A stretch of DNA of 64,000 nt from Nematocida ausubeli (taxonomy: Eukaryota): the NCBI RefSeq assembly GCF_000738915.1, contig NW_026515638.1, positions 208,882 to 272,881 of the forward strand, read 5' to 3'. Of the stretch, positions 52,722 to 64,000 are shown one piece after another. Below the pieces are notes generated by a model, which was not told the DNA's origin, did not search any database, and saw only the letters and a program-made list of their open reading frames with translations. Position 1 is the first letter of the stretch, and each line of letters begins with the position of its first letter. The position numbers were made by a program, and so were the translations under genes.

Positions 52722-53261
52722 ATGAATTTTGACAAGACAATGCAAGGAGCTTTAGACACATTCAAGCTAGCAAAAGATTTTAAGAAAGGACGAGACATTC
52801 TACCATTCACATACGCAGACTTCTTTGCAGAGAAAAACACTCTGCTGGAGAACTTGGGACTATCCTGGAAGCAGAGAATTGGGTGCATGCTCATTTCAGC
52901 TGTACTTTCAATGTTCTTCTTTTTTAGATCTCTAATGTCTTTATTTTCACTTCCAATCACTCCAGAGGTATTTGGATGGAATTTCACTATGTTCTCCATC
53001 TTCATTCTCTCTACTCTCTGCTTTTTCAGCGGATTTAAGACTTTCTTCAAGAACACTCTATCCCGTGAAATGGTCGCTTACACAGGGGCATACGTGACTA
53101 CTGCAGTTGCTACATTAATATGCAAGAGATGGATTTACTTTATACGCCTGCCATGCACACTATCAATGGTGGTCGCATTCTTACTATTTATATATGCATA
53201 CAGCACAAAGAAATTCAAGAGTGGCATGCGCGGCCTAGGAAGCACTCTTTCTATATTCTAG
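52722..53261 (+). CDS. SFT2: Got1/Sft2 family vesicle transport protein
   Basis: GLSWKQRI...PEVFGWNFT...CFFSGFKTFFKNTLSRE; 4 TM. Confidence 0.85.
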   Translation: MNFDKTMQGALDTFKLAKDFKKGRDILPFTYADFFAEKNTLLENLGLSWKQRIGCMLISAVLSMFFFFRSLMSLFSLPITPEVFGWNFTMFSIFILSTLCFFSGFKTFFKNTLSREMVAYTGAYVTTAVATLICKRWIYFIRLPCTLSMVVAFLLFIYAYSTKKFKSGMRGLGSTLSIF

Positions 53262-53814
53262 TAATAAACAGCGAAGGATATAATTCACAGATTCTTATTA
53301 TCTTATGTTCATTATTTAAATTCAGACGAGTCCATTGGGTACAGCACTTTCACATTCTTCTAAGTATATAAAAGTGCTTCTTAGAGGTACCCAATAGAAG
53401 AGAGTCTCTGAAACTGCTTTACACGATGTTCTTTCTGGTTGTGCAAATGACTGGCACTCTGCAGATTATTTTAGCAAACACCAGCATGAATCTATGCAGT
53501 ATCTAACTAGTAGCATATAAAATGCAATTTATATGCAGTATATTAACTGAATTTCATGCTTGCAGTTTCAACATGGAAAGCCAGTGCTGCAGAAAACAAA
53601 ATACTTTAGATAAGGCTGTTATAGAGTATTTACTGAATACTCTGTGAATTCTCTTATAGTTTGCGAACTGTTAGAGACCATTTGAACTACATAATGAAAT
53701 AAATATATTTGCACATGGATTAAAGAAGTAATAGAAGCATCCAGCCAAAAGAACCCTGGCTTGGGGATTTTCAGGGGAAGCTGACAAATTGATAAAACAA
53801 TGCAACCAAGCCAT

Positions 53815-54870
53815 TTATTCACTTGCTATCATCTTCTGTATTGTGTGAAGTATCTCTTCCGCCTGCTCACCAATTTTATCAGAGTTTCCTGCTGGTGTCT
53901 TGTAAACCATCATAAGCTGGTGGTTGATTCGGCAAAGAAGATCCTCTCTAAGGATCATTGCTTCTACATCTCTGATCATGTACTCCTCGCTGACTCCGAA
54001 TATGGCAGACATCTGCCGTATGGAAATGGCCTTGTAGCTTTTGAACAGCTGGTTGTACGACCTTACCTTCATTCTATACACGAAGTAGTCGATTTTATCG
54101 TATAAATACGCGTTACTTTTAAGCTCCTCTGCAAACAAGCAGATGCTTCGGAAGAGAACTGGGTAGTCGCACTTGTCCAAAGAGAGAAGCAAGTCTAGCC
54201 CACTTGGTATTTTATTGGCTGCTTCGCATACCTCGCTTGACTCAACTAGCTTGGTCCGTATGCTCTGCCTGGGAAGTGTCATCAGACCGCAGAACAAGCA
54301 GTACTGCACTAGCTCAGAGTAAGACATTAGCTCTTCTCCTTCAAACGTGGAGAGTGCATCAATCAGAAGCCCTGCTGCAATTTCAAAGTCTGAGCGAAGA
54401 ATGTGGTATAAACTCTTGTACACTTTAAACTTGTTTTTTCTTGCCCAGTCAATTCCCAGCTCAATTAAGGACTCTATTTCTTCCATTTTCTTGTCTAGCT
54501 CTTCCTTCCAGCCCAGAAGAATAAGCATGCGCACCTTTGCTGTGCATATGTCAAACTTAACCATCAAGGATTTGTTGTACTCCATGAGGCGCCTGGCTGC
54601 CTTCACAAACAGTTCGTACTCTACTTCACTGGAGTACTTGACAGACAGTTTTAATAGGTCTTCCTCAGATAGCCCATTCATGTCTACATCCTCTTCTGGC
54701 TGGACTTCTCTGCCTGGGAAAAGTCCTCTCTTCGTGTACTCTCTAAGCAGTCCTGTCATGTTTTCCTTCTCCAAGTACTCTGCAAGAACAGAGCTGTCTT
54801 CTTTTTTATTTTCCACCTTGAATAGAATGTTGTACACATCGAGTGTTGGCTTCTTAAAAGTATAATCCAT
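53815..54870 (-). CDS. RPN7: 26S proteasome lid subunit Rpn7
   Basis: GIDWARKNKFKVY, LSTFEGEEL, YVYRMKVRSYNQL-type segment and PCI domain. Confidence 0.95.
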   Translation of the reverse strand: MDYTFKKPTLDVYNILFKVENKKEDSSVLAEYLEKENMTGLLREYTKRGLFPGREVQPEEDVDMNGLSEEDLLKLSVKYSSEVEYELFVKAARRLMEYNKSLMVKFDICTAKVRMLILLGWKEELDKKMEEIESLIELGIDWARKNKFKVYKSLYHILRSDFEIAAGLLIDALSTFEGEELMSYSELVQYCLFCGLMTLPRQSIRTKLVESSEVCEAANKIPSGLDLLLSLDKCDYPVLFRSICLFAEELKSNAYLYDKIDYFVYRMKVRSYNQLFKSYKAISIRQMSAIFGVSEEYMIRDVEAMILREDLLCRINHQLMMVYKTPAGNSDKIGEQAEEILHTIQKMIASE

Positions 54871-55611
54871 TTTTTATTCAAACATTGCTCTATTTATAAT
54901 AAGACAAAGAAATTCATTAAAACCCAGAAGTACGATTAACTGGTATAAAGATGCACTAATGAAGTATTCCATGTATATGGAGGATATTTCAGTGTGGCAT
55001 ATGCGATTTCCTGTAAAACCGGATATTACAAGGTTTAATATGTTTATGTATGTAAATCTACTACTATTAAAGGGATATGGGTGATTGTGCCATATGCAGT
55101 GATGATGTACACTGCAAATTATACATTAAATATAGATAGGAGAATATCCCTTGAGTGTACAGATATATTTTGGCTTTATTGGCTTTAAGGAGTATTTTTA
55201 ATAATGTGAAGTTCACAAAAGAAAATTCACAAAGACCCATATGTATTATACTTTAATATTCAAGAGTCTTCAAATTGATCTTTGCAGTTTAAGCAAATAT
55301 TTAAATTTAGTGCTTCCTATTTATAATAATAGTGGAGTACTAGAAGTAGAGGTTATTTAAGAAAAAGAATCTATTTCTGCATATTTTCATGCAGTGTATA
55401 CTTCTACTAGCCACTGTGCGTATAGTCTATCTGGTAATAATTTTTGCAATACTTTATGAGAACACTGCCTGAATAAACAGCATATCCAATAGAATACGTA
55501 TATTGTGCATGCATTATAGAGGTATATTGAAGCATGCAGATATGCTTTCCTTAGGATCAATCAAATCGCAGCAGTATAAAAGAATTTACCAGCAGTTATA
55601 AAATTTTTAGC

Positions 55612-58600
55612 ATGAGCATTGCAGAGCAACTAAACAAAGTGCGAGAGAAAAACGTAAAAGAGCGCAGCAGAGTTGTAATCTTTAGAGAATGGATTGAAGA
55701 GCCAGACATTCTTTTCTATTCACGCGTTGAGGAGGCTGTTGAATTATTTCAACTATATCATGACGCAGCATACGAAAGAGCCCAGAAATACATTACTTCC
55801 TTTACAGACGATCAGAGCCAAAACTCTAGGCGTGATAGAATGACAGACAGGGAGAATGCTTTGCTCTCAAAAAGAATGAAACTTCTTCTTGAGACACTCA
55901 CTCCGTATACGCTGCACGAGTACGTGCAAGTCATTCTGGAGTGGCTTATACGCCGGTACAGAATAGACAAGTATGAATTTGACTATCTGGTATCTGCCAC
56001 CATACAGGTCCCTAGTATACACAGCGCAATAGAGATGTTTACACGCAGAAACCCATTTATGAACAGCGCAGTTGTGTCTTTGCTACAGTGCAGATGCATT
56101 CCGCAGCTGATTGGAAAGGATCTAGCCAAAAACACCCTTATAAATGTGTGCATATTAAAGCCTCTACTTCACATAGAGGGAAACAAAGATACAGCTGTGT
56201 ATGCGCATTTCTTAGAAAAAGTCTCTGAAAGCCTTTTCGTTGAAAGCGGCATTCCTGAGGAAGTAGTCTGCGAATGGGTTAATTCTCTGATGGACTGCAG
56301 AAGAAGGATGAAGACACAGGCAAGCAAAGAGTCACAGGAGATTGTAAAGAGACTGGAGAGCATTCTGATATACATACGCGCCAATCATGAGCTGATCGAC
56401 GAGATAGAAGCAAAGATTGATGAGTTCTCTGATGCACCTGCTCTCCCTACAGAAGCAGTTGTAGACTCTGAAAATGTTCTATACAGATTCTCTACGCTAT
56501 ATGCGCACTTTAAGGAAACAGCAGAGAAGGATGAAATAATGCAGGAGTATCCAATAGAGCTCATGAGCCAGCTGGTGTCAGAGAAAGAGGAAGTGCCTGG
56601 GTGGCTGGATATTATTAAGGATACTATATTCACCATGCCAGAGCAGGAAGGCATAATGGACTTCCTTCTTGAGAAGACAGGAATTGCAACACTTCTATGC
56701 ACAGATGCAAGGTACAAAAGTCTAGCAAAGAAGAACCCAGCAATTGATGTTCTGGCCAGAATAGAAAGAGAAGCAGAGGGTGCAGAACTAAAGATAACCA
56801 AGCCAGCACTGAAGTCTTTCTACGGAATTCTTCCTAACAGACGCATTGAAGCATGGATATTTAAGAAAGTGTCAAAATACAGTGAACTAAAGACAGTTTT
56901 GAGTGTTTTACTGCCGGTTCTCTCCTTGGAAACCATCCATGCAGAGATGCTTAAGGTAAATGACTGGGCAAGTGCTGTTCTGTTCCTTGACGAGGCACAT
57001 GTTGACTCTTTCGTCAAAAATATTAGTAGAGACCTTCTTGTTAGCCACTTCTCAGAGTATATTGACGCTGTGTCAAAATATGCAAACTATACGCCCCTGG
57101 GTCTTTCTTTAAGTTCTGAAGAAAAAGCAAGCCTCCTGGAAATTACGCGTAATAGCTTGAAGAGAAATACAACGCCTGCTGATATGCTATTCATGGTGCA
57201 TCTGTACGTAGACTTGGGCGCACAGATTGAGGACCTTCTTGCATTGCATGAGAAAATATCACTTTTCCCAGAGGAAGAGCGAAAGAGGCCAGTTAAAGCC
57301 CTGCTTTCAGTGCTTTCAACCATGCGAGGTGCTATTTCCAGCACTGTTCTGCGAGGCATAATCAGGAGCCTTGATGCATTTGATGTGGACACAACCATAT
57401 CTCTGCTCTTCTACCGCACTGCTTTGTCTTTGTCTGTTTCTGAGTTTGGCGCATTCATAGCTGAGTCCATTCTTAAGGCGGACGAGTCTGAGTCTGTTGA
57501 AGGAAAAATGCTTAGGTGCTTAAGAAAGGATAATATAGACTTGGTGTCTGCTGTGTTTGAGAAATACTTCACATCACTCACACCACAGGAGATTATGCAT
57601 GTGATTACAACAGAATATATTGATCTTCTAGCAGCAGGTCTGACCAAAGCATTTGTACACTTTGATTTGTGCTTCCAGCAAGATATTATTAGACTGTCAA
57701 TGGAAATGGAAGAAAGCGGAAGATCTGCTCTATTTGACATAATTTCCAAAAATGCCCCATATGCTATTCTTCTGCAGTCAGTCATCCCGAACAGCAAGCA
57801 TTCTATTACCCTTGTCCTGGATACAGTTCTTTCCACATTCATAGATGCGGATAGCAGTGCATCTTTACTTGCTCAAAATGCAGAAGGAGCTGCTCTTGAA
57901 GCACTGCTGCTAGAAAAGCTTATCCAAGCAAGGAAGATGGGAATTAATGAATCTGTTCTGTGCAACTGGGAGAGAACCATTCTACCCATGCCAAATATTC
58001 CAGCCCTTCTTGCACAGCTCGTAAAGAAGGCGCCATCCCAGATAGTTAGAGGAATCATTAGCAGATACCTTAAGAAGAATCTGTGCCCAACAGCACTTCT
58101 TTTCGTCTTTGTGCAAAACCAGATATCAGACAGTGCTATTCTTTCAAACATTCTTAAGTACAGTCCCTCTCCAAGGTCTAAAGTGCTTCTTCTTCGGTCA
58201 GTTTTAATGAGGCCACTAAAGAATACGCTTCCTCTTGTTTTCACTATCCTGCAGGACAAGAAGTCTTCTCTCCTCAGATACTACATCCAGTCTCGGCTAA
58301 AGCACATTGTTAAATGCGTGCTTGCCCAGAAAGACACACAGGGTCTTCTTGTTACCAAGATTATGTGCAACCTAATAAGCAGAGAGAAGAATGTCATGCA
58401 CCCATATGTGCCTTCCTTGATGTCTTTGGTTAAAAAGACAAAGAAGAAGATGCTTGTAAGAAAGCTCTCAAATATCAATCTAAGATACATCATGGAAGTA
58501 GTTTCTGACAATACAGATATGCTTATTCTTAAAGAGTACGTTCAGAACAAACTCTCTGATCTGGAGCCAGAAGATGTCAAAGCACTTACGTCCTTCTATA

Positions 58601-59262
58601 TTAACAGAATAGACAGCAGAATCGCAGCTAAAACACTTGTTACGCTCTTTGAAGTTATCAAGAACCCGCAGGAAGTGTGGACTGACATTCTCAAAAAGAC
58701 AGAAGGATACACACCCAGATTCATCAATATTCTCCACTGCATGAGCAAGTCTGACACTCAAGGAATCTGCATGGCATCGCTCTCTTCAATATATTCTCGT
58801 TTAGAAAGCATGCTCATTGCAGCGCTAGAAGAAAATACTACTTCAGAGATTGTCTATATTATGAAAAAGTTCTTCATGCATGAGAAGTCCACTCTAATCA
58901 CGATTTCACGAATTCTGGAGTTGTCTTTGCTGATAATTTCAAACCACAAGAGCATTCCAGGGCTTGTTTCAGCACTGTTTTACTCACAGGCAGTTAATAA
59001 CCCATCAGAGGCAGAAGGCATAAACCACGCAGTGCTTGTAGAACTGACCAAAGCAGAAGGGAATAGAAAGACAGCTCTATTTAACACACTCTACAAGATG
59101 TACGCTAAGTACCCAGATTTCATCACTCGCATACTTGGACAAAGTGCTCCATACTTCGCAATACTTCTGGAGTCTAAGGATGCATCCACTAGAAAGAAGG
59201 CAGAGCATCTCATGAAATGCATTACTTCTCTCTCTGGAGAAGATCCATACAAATTCCTGTAG
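55612..59262 (+). CDS. UTP10: U3 snoRNP HEAT-repeat protein Utp10/HEATR1
   Basis: MSIAEQL N-terminus, LEWLIRRYRI, and BP28-type C-terminus (PYFAILLESKD...LSGED). Confidence 0.88.
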   Translation: MSIAEQLNKVREKNVKERSRVVIFREWIEEPDILFYSRVEEAVELFQLYHDAAYERAQKYITSFTDDQSQNSRRDRMTDRENALLSKRMKLLLETLTPYTLHEYVQVILEWLIRRYRIDKYEFDYLVSATIQVPSIHSAIEMFTRRNPFMNSAVVSLLQCRCIPQLIGKDLAKNTLINVCILKPLLHIEGNKDTAVYAHFLEKVSESLFVESGIPEEVVCEWVNSLMDCRRRMKTQASKESQEIVKRLESILIYIRANHELIDEIEAKIDEFSDAPALPTEAVVDSENVLYRFSTLYAHFKETAEKDEIMQEYPIELMSQLVSEKEEVPGWLDIIKDTIFTMPEQEGIMDFLLEKTGIATLLCTDARYKSLAKKNPAIDVLARIEREAEGAELKITKPALKSFYGILPNRRIEAWIFKKVSKYSELKTVLSVLLPVLSLETIHAEMLKVNDWASAVLFLDEAHVDSFVKNISRDLLVSHFSEYIDAVSKYANYTPLGLSLSSEEKASLLEITRNSLKRNTTPADMLFMVHLYVDLGAQIEDLLALHEKISLFPEEERKRPVKALLSVLSTMRGAISSTVLRGIIRSLDAFDVDTTISLLFYRTALSLSVSEFGAFIAESILKADESESVEGKMLRCLRKDNIDLVSAVFEKYFTSLTPQEIMHVITTEYIDLLAAGLTKAFVHFDLCFQQDIIRLSMEMEESGRSALFDIISKNAPYAILLQSVIPNSKHSITLVLDTVLSTFIDADSSASLLAQNAEGAALEALLLEKLIQARKMGINESVLCNWERTILPMPNIPALLAQLVKKAPSQIVRGIISRYLKKNLCPTALLFVFVQNQISDSAILSNILKYSPSPRSKVLLLRSVLMRPLKNTLPLVFTILQDKKSSLLRYYIQSRLKHIVKCVLAQKDTQGLLVTKIMCNLISREKNVMHPYVPSLMSLVKKTKKKMLVRKLSNINLRYIMEVVSDNTDMLILKEYVQNKLSDLEPEDVKALTSFYINRIDSRIAAKTLVTLFEVIKNPQEVWTDILKKTEGYTPRFINILHCMSKSDTQGICMASLSSIYSRLESMLIAALEENTTSEIVYIMKKFFMHEKSTLITISRILELSLLIISNHKSIPGLVSALFYSQAVNNPSEAEGINHAVLVELTKAEGNRKTALFNTLYKMYAKYPDFITRILGQSAPYFAILLESKDASTRKKAEHLMKCITSLSGEDPYKFL

Positions 59263-59895
59263 GAATATTATTATAAAAGCCAGTTTATACTTGAATTAGT
59301 CTTCTTCTTAATTATGTACCCTGTGGCGTGCCTGAGTGCCTAATAATAAGGCCGTCTTAACAGAAATGAAGCATATCTTCTGATTTTCATTTTCTTCCTT
59401 CTGTGCTTGCAAGTACTTTACAGCTTGTCCCTCAGACAGTAGCACTTTTTACGATTTCCCAGCAGAATATTACTCTTGCCAGAAGATGAATGTATTCCAG
59501 AAAGAGGGTGGATATCATGTAATATGTCTTTCTTTCCTTAAACACTTGTATGGGAGTGAATATAAAATGTCCTCAGCATATAATACAAAGAATTCTTTGT
59601 AGGTTTTTCTTCTGCTGAGTTGAATTTCACAGTAAAATATGTCTTTATATAATATACGCAAAAATACAGTCCGATTATACTGAAGGTAGTATATATGGTT
59701 TAACCAGATAACTGTTCTATAATACTGGTTATACTGATATTCTATGGTTTATCTGCGAAATATACTAATATTGCGGTGTTAAATGTATAAATTGCAAAAA
59801 TGCATATTTTAGTGAAATATCTGACACCTCTGCAGATGCTTTCGCATATATATAAAGCATAAATTGACTCTATAATTAAATAAATTTTTATAGGG

Positions 59896-60504
59896 ATGAA
59901 GGACCAGAATCTTCAAAGAAAAATACGGCAGTTACAGAGCATGCTGGGCGAGATCAATAGATATCTGCAAGGATCTGCATCTAAGCCTCCTGGAATAGTC
60001 ACCAGGCTTCTGGATGAAAAAAGCCGTTTGACTTCCCAGCTAAGGGAACTAAACAATATGTTCTCTGGGAAGGCAGACGAGATGGAAGGCGTCCCAGGGA
60101 ATCAGCCCTTAGCACAAAATATGCCTGGAAAGCTTGATAAGGGGCGAGAGTATATGCAAAATGAGCTGCAACTCAATGATCCAATGGATATGCGTCTGGA
60201 TGTCAAGGAACTCCTTCTGGAAATGGGGGTTATGTCTGAGGTAGATAGTGTTTCAAAGCAGATTATATTAAGTGCTGCTGACATTTTTATTGACAACCTT
60301 ATATCCACTGCATGCTCAGTCGCCAGAAACAGAAATCTAGAAGAACTAACAAAAGAAGACATTCTCTTTGCAATGCGCATGGAAAGAGACACAGAACTGT
60401 ACAATAGAGCCACCTTAATAAAACACAGAGACCCAGACAAAGAACATCTAAAACGCATGCACCTGATACAGAAAGACCGAAAGAGGTATATGGGGAGTGA
60501 ATAG
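59896..60504 (+). CDS. TAF12: TFIID/SAGA subunit TAF12 (histone fold)
   Basis: IILSAADIFIDNLISTACSVARNR...LTKEDILFAM...EHLKRM. Confidence 0.85.
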   Translation: MKDQNLQRKIRQLQSMLGEINRYLQGSASKPPGIVTRLLDEKSRLTSQLRELNNMFSGKADEMEGVPGNQPLAQNMPGKLDKGREYMQNELQLNDPMDMRLDVKELLLEMGVMSEVDSVSKQIILSAADIFIDNLISTACSVARNRNLEELTKEDILFAMRMERDTELYNRATLIKHRDPDKEHLKRMHLIQKDRKRYMGSE

Positions 60505-61374
60505 AGAGTAGAATACTGCATACCCCATTTTTGCAGGACTAAAATGCCTTCTCAAAGACTATTAAATATGATGCTACTTGCATAGATATTTCTATATACT
60601 CTGTGCAAGGAAAGTCTCGCCCTAAGAAGCCCATTCTAATGAAGAAATAATTTTAGTGCGCAATTTCACCTATGTGCATATTATTTGGATACTAAGTGCT
60701 ATTTCAGTAGAACATAATAAAAAGACTTTTTTCCAAAAAGTATTAAAATATTCTTAAAAGTGTGCTATCATGGCAGGATTAGGTGATTGCAGAGCTGTAT
60801 ATCCCATGCTTGGTATATAATTCGTGAAATATTAGAGATATAAATATTATGTCCTAACTTGGCATAGTTTAATAGTAGTAGACTTTCTTCTTATCTAATA
60901 ATAAAATTATGCAAAACTAGAAATGTGTAAGTATAAGAAGTACTTAGTGGTATCTGCAGGATCTTCTAAAAATAGTGGTTTTGATGTTTTTATAGTGATC
61001 TTGGCCTATATTCTATTAAAATACTTCTTGTTTCTGTGCAGAGTCTTTTCTTGCAGGTTCTTTATTATTTGTAAGTTTCTGTATTTTTCTTCCCTCAATA
61101 TATTCATATATAAAGTGCACATTTCTACTTTTTTACAGATTTTATTTAGAAAGTTTTCAGAAATACTAAAAAATAAGAAAAATCAAGTAATATATAACTT
61201 TACTTATAATGATATATAAAATGAAGTTGCCAATAGCAGTATTTATACATCAGGTGGTTTTGTAGAAGGATTTGTTTTCTACATGATAGCTTGTTCTAGC
61301 AATTCTTTATGTGATAAGATTTTACCTTAGATGGATAGCCAAATAACTAGCTGTTACTGTATCTTTAAGGGAGT

Positions 61375-63133
61375 TCACAGGGGAGGATTGATTTCCATGG
61401 TTCTTGTTTCCTCAGATGAATTAGAGTTTTTAGAGCTGGAAGAGTTGTTTTTTTTAGATTCTGTAAACCTACCTCCTTGTAAGCCCTTAAAATATCTGTC
61501 ATTGTTCCCATTAGAGGATTTTTTATCGTCATGATGATGGTCTTCAGAATCCCTCTTGTTTTTGTCATGGTGGTGATGGTCTTCAGAATCCTTTTTGTTT
61601 TTGTCATGGTGGTGATGGTCTGCAGAATCAGTCTTGTTTTTGTCATGATGGTGATGATCTGCATGATCCTTCTTGTGTTCGTCATGATGGTGATGATCTG
61701 CATGATCCCTCTTGCTTTTGTCATGGTGGTGATGGTCTGCATGATCAGTCTTGGTTTTGTCATGATGGTGATGGTCTGCATGATCAGTCTTGCTTTTGTC
61801 GTGATGGTGATGTGGAGGGTGCGCGCCATCATCGTGGGGATGGTGGTGATGGTCGGAATGAGGAGAATGTGGATGGTGGTGATGATCAGAATGAGGATGG
61901 TGGTGATGGTCGCGTTGGTCATCATTCTCGCGATTAGAAGTGCATGTATTATTTTTCTGACATGTGTTATTCTGGCCGCATGTATTATTTTTCTGACATG
62001 TGTTATTCTGGCTGCGTGTGTTATTCTGGCTGCAGGTGCTATTTTTCTGACATGTGTTATTTTGCTGGTCATGATGGTCATGATCAGAATGTGAAGAATG
62101 AGGAGAATGGTCATGATGTGGAGGATGAGAATGGTCATGGTGGGGAGGATGAGAATGGTCATGAGGAGGATGAGAATGGTTATGGTGTGGAGAGTGCGGA
62201 GAATGTGGAGAATGCGGAGAATGGTCATGGTGGGGAGAGTGTGGAGAATGAGGTGAATGCGGAGAATGAGGTGAATGGTCATGATGGGGAGAATGGTCAT
62301 GGTGAGGATGGTCTTTGGTCTGAGGCATGCCACTCTGCGGGCCAAAGGATTGAGGCATGCCTCTGATGTAGTTATTTACAGTAGTTTTATTATTATTGGT
62401 ACTGTTGTTTTTAATATTACTATTATTATTTTGTTTGTCTGAGATTGATAAAGAACTTCCTTTGTCCGATGGATTTTGGTCATGTTTCTTATTTGAATTT
62501 TCACGAAAGTCCTTTTCATTTTCAAATCCATGATAATTATTTACAATATTTTCATTGTTCTTTACATCCTTATTATCTATATTCAAATTATTGTTTACTT
62601 CTTTACTCAATTTTATATCAGATTTACCATCCTTAGGTTGGCTTCCAGGAGATCCGCCAAGGTGCTTAGGATCTGACCCGGATATGCCTTGGCCAAAACC
62701 ACCTGGAGGAGATCCACCNNNNNNNNNNNNNNNNNNNNNNNNNNNNNNNNNNNNNNNNNNNNNNNNNNNNNNNNNNNNNNNNNNNNNNNNNNNNNNNNNN
62801 NNNNNNNNNNNNNNNNNNNNNNNNNNNNNNNNNNNNNNNNNNNNNNNNNNNNNNNNNNNNNNNNNNNNNNNNNNNNNNNNNNNNNNNNNNNNNNNNNNNN
62901 NNNNNNNNNNNNNNNNNNNNNNNNNNNNNNNNNNNNNNNNNNNNNNNNNNNNNNNNNNNNNNNCCACCAAGGTGCTTAGGATCTGACCCAGAAATACTCT
63001 GGCCTATTCCAGGAGATCCACCTGGAGCTTGATTGACTATTTGCGGATTTATTACATTAACCTCGGCAGCAACACTATATAAGCATGCGTACACAGCTAA
63101 TATTTTGATTGTATTTCTTAAATGAATATTCAT
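61375..63133 (-). CDS. Secreted Gly-repeat / His-rich / Cys-repeat protein (interrupted by an N gap)
   Basis: Signal peptide MNIHLRNTIKILAVYACLYSVAA. The same GSDPKHLG repeat lies on both sides of the gap, joining the two track ORFs. Stop at 61375. Confidence 0.8.
61525..62310 (-). repeat. Coding tandem repeats: 39-nt HHHHDKxKxDxxD x7, 18-nt xxNNTC-like x7, and HSP/HHDHS repeats
   Basis: Directly visible in the DNA and the translation. Confidence 0.9.
62719..62963. other. Assembly gap (245 N) inside a 60-nt coding repeat
   Basis: Run of N flanked by near-identical CCAAGGTGCTTAGGATCTGACCC copies. Confidence 0.95.
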
Positions 63134-63225
63134 ATTCAGTAATTACTCAAGTCTATTTATATGTTAAAATAGAGAAAATGATATACGTATAAATAAGGAG
63201 AAAGTCGTACTATTGGTTTATTTGA

Positions 63226-63999
63226 TCAGTAGTAGAACACATGCTCTGAATTCTTCTTTTCAACTATCCTGGCGTATGCAGCTTCAAAGTCATTCTGGGA
63301 AACCATGTATCTTCCGTTACGCACAGCCAGCATTCCTGCCTCCTGGCATATAGAGTTAATTTCAGCTGCAGAGAGCTTGTCTGACCTGGAAACCAGTCCC
63401 TCCAAATTGACCTCGTTTGAAAGACTCATTTTATTGGTTATTGTTGTGAATATCATTCTTTTCTGCCTCCTATCGGGAACAGGGAATTCAATCTTTCTGT
63501 CGAGTCTGCCAGGCCGAAGAAGGGCAGGATCTATTGTGTCAGCTCTATTCGTGGCCATGATTACCTTTACATTTGTGGTCTGGTCAAACCCATCCATTTG
63601 GTTCAGAAGCTCAATTAGAACTCTCTGCACCTCTCTATCTGCGCTTGTGGCTGAGTCAAATCGAGTTGTCGCTATAGAATCCACTTCATCTATGAAGATA
63701 ATTGAAGGCGCCTTTTCAATTGCAAGTCTGAAAATGTCTCGCACCATCCTTGGGCCTTCTCCTAGATATTTCTGCACAAACTCAGAGCCATTTACCCGGA
63801 TGAATGTAGCCTTTGTGTGGTGGGCCACTGCCTTGACAAGCATGGTTTTTCCCGTACCAGGAGGCCCATACAGAAGCACCCCTCTGGGTGGCTCTATGCC
63901 TATTTGCTGGTAGAGTGCTAGGTCTGTTAGGGGAAGCTCAATTGCCTCTCGTATCTCCTGCTTTTGGCTGTCCAATCCTCCAATGTCAGCGTATGTTAC
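63226..63999 (-). CDS. RPT3: 26S proteasome AAA ATPase Rpt3 (5' part outside the window)
   Basis: [47 protein letters not shown] and ADREVQR. Confidence 0.96.
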   Translation of the reverse strand, partial: VTYADIGGLDSQKQEIREAIELPLTDLALYQQIGIEPPRGVLLYGPPGTGKTMLVKAVAHHTKATFIRVNGSEFVQKYLGEGPRMVRDIFRLAIEKAPSIIFIDEVDSIATTRFDSATSADREVQRVLIELLNQMDGFDQTTNVKVIMATNRADTIDPALLRPGRLDRKIEFPVPDRRQKRMIFTTITNKMSLSNEVNLEGLVSRSDKLSAAEINSICQEAGMLAVRNGRYMVSQNDFEAAYARIVEKKNSEHVFYY

Positions 64000-64000
64000 A

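Noticed and set aside
61525..61810. Regular 39-nt repeats as a possible CRISPR array
   Set aside because: In-frame coding repeats without unique spacers, no cas genes, eukaryotic context.
61365..62345. 326-aa Ile/Thr/Met-rich alternative frame and the + strand Met/Val-rich ORFs
   Set aside because: By-products of stop-free His-repeat DNA. The His frame is the one continuous with the GSDPKHL repeats that link to the signal-peptide segment.

Overview
Gene-dense, AT-rich, apparently intron-free eukaryotic DNA. The content (short divergent housekeeping proteins, mitosome-type Tom70, very short intergenic spacers, orphan membrane and secreted proteins) points to a microsporidian, plausibly Nematocida-like; this is inferred, not verified by search. 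About 40 protein-coding genes and one tRNA-Val(AAC) are supported. They include eIF4G (partial, missed by the ORF track), Hrd3/SEL1L, Nic96, ThrRS, primase large subunit, Iws1, eIF1, Rrp41-like, Elf1, HIT, a septin, Cfd1, Arv1, two ZIP transporters, a cyclin, Uba3, Spc3, dUTPase, eIF5B, Rad52, a beta-adaptin, Tom70, Sgf11, Sec61-beta, Sft2, Rpn7, Utp10, TAF12 and Rpt3 (partial). Main highlights: (1) a stand-alone, intact Ty3/gypsy-type Gag-zinc knuckle-protease ORF whose catalytic DTG/DSG reads NAS, with no RT, integrase or LTRs in view (candidate domesticated retroelement gene); (2) a 10-mer TTCGGGTTAT found at least 8 times, always intergenic and 7 of 8 on the + strand; (3) a secreted, modular Gly/Cys/His-repeat protein spanning an assembly gap; (4) extreme compaction, with 14- and 25-bp divergent spacers and an 83-bp antisense coding overlap. 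All assignments come from motif recognition by eye.
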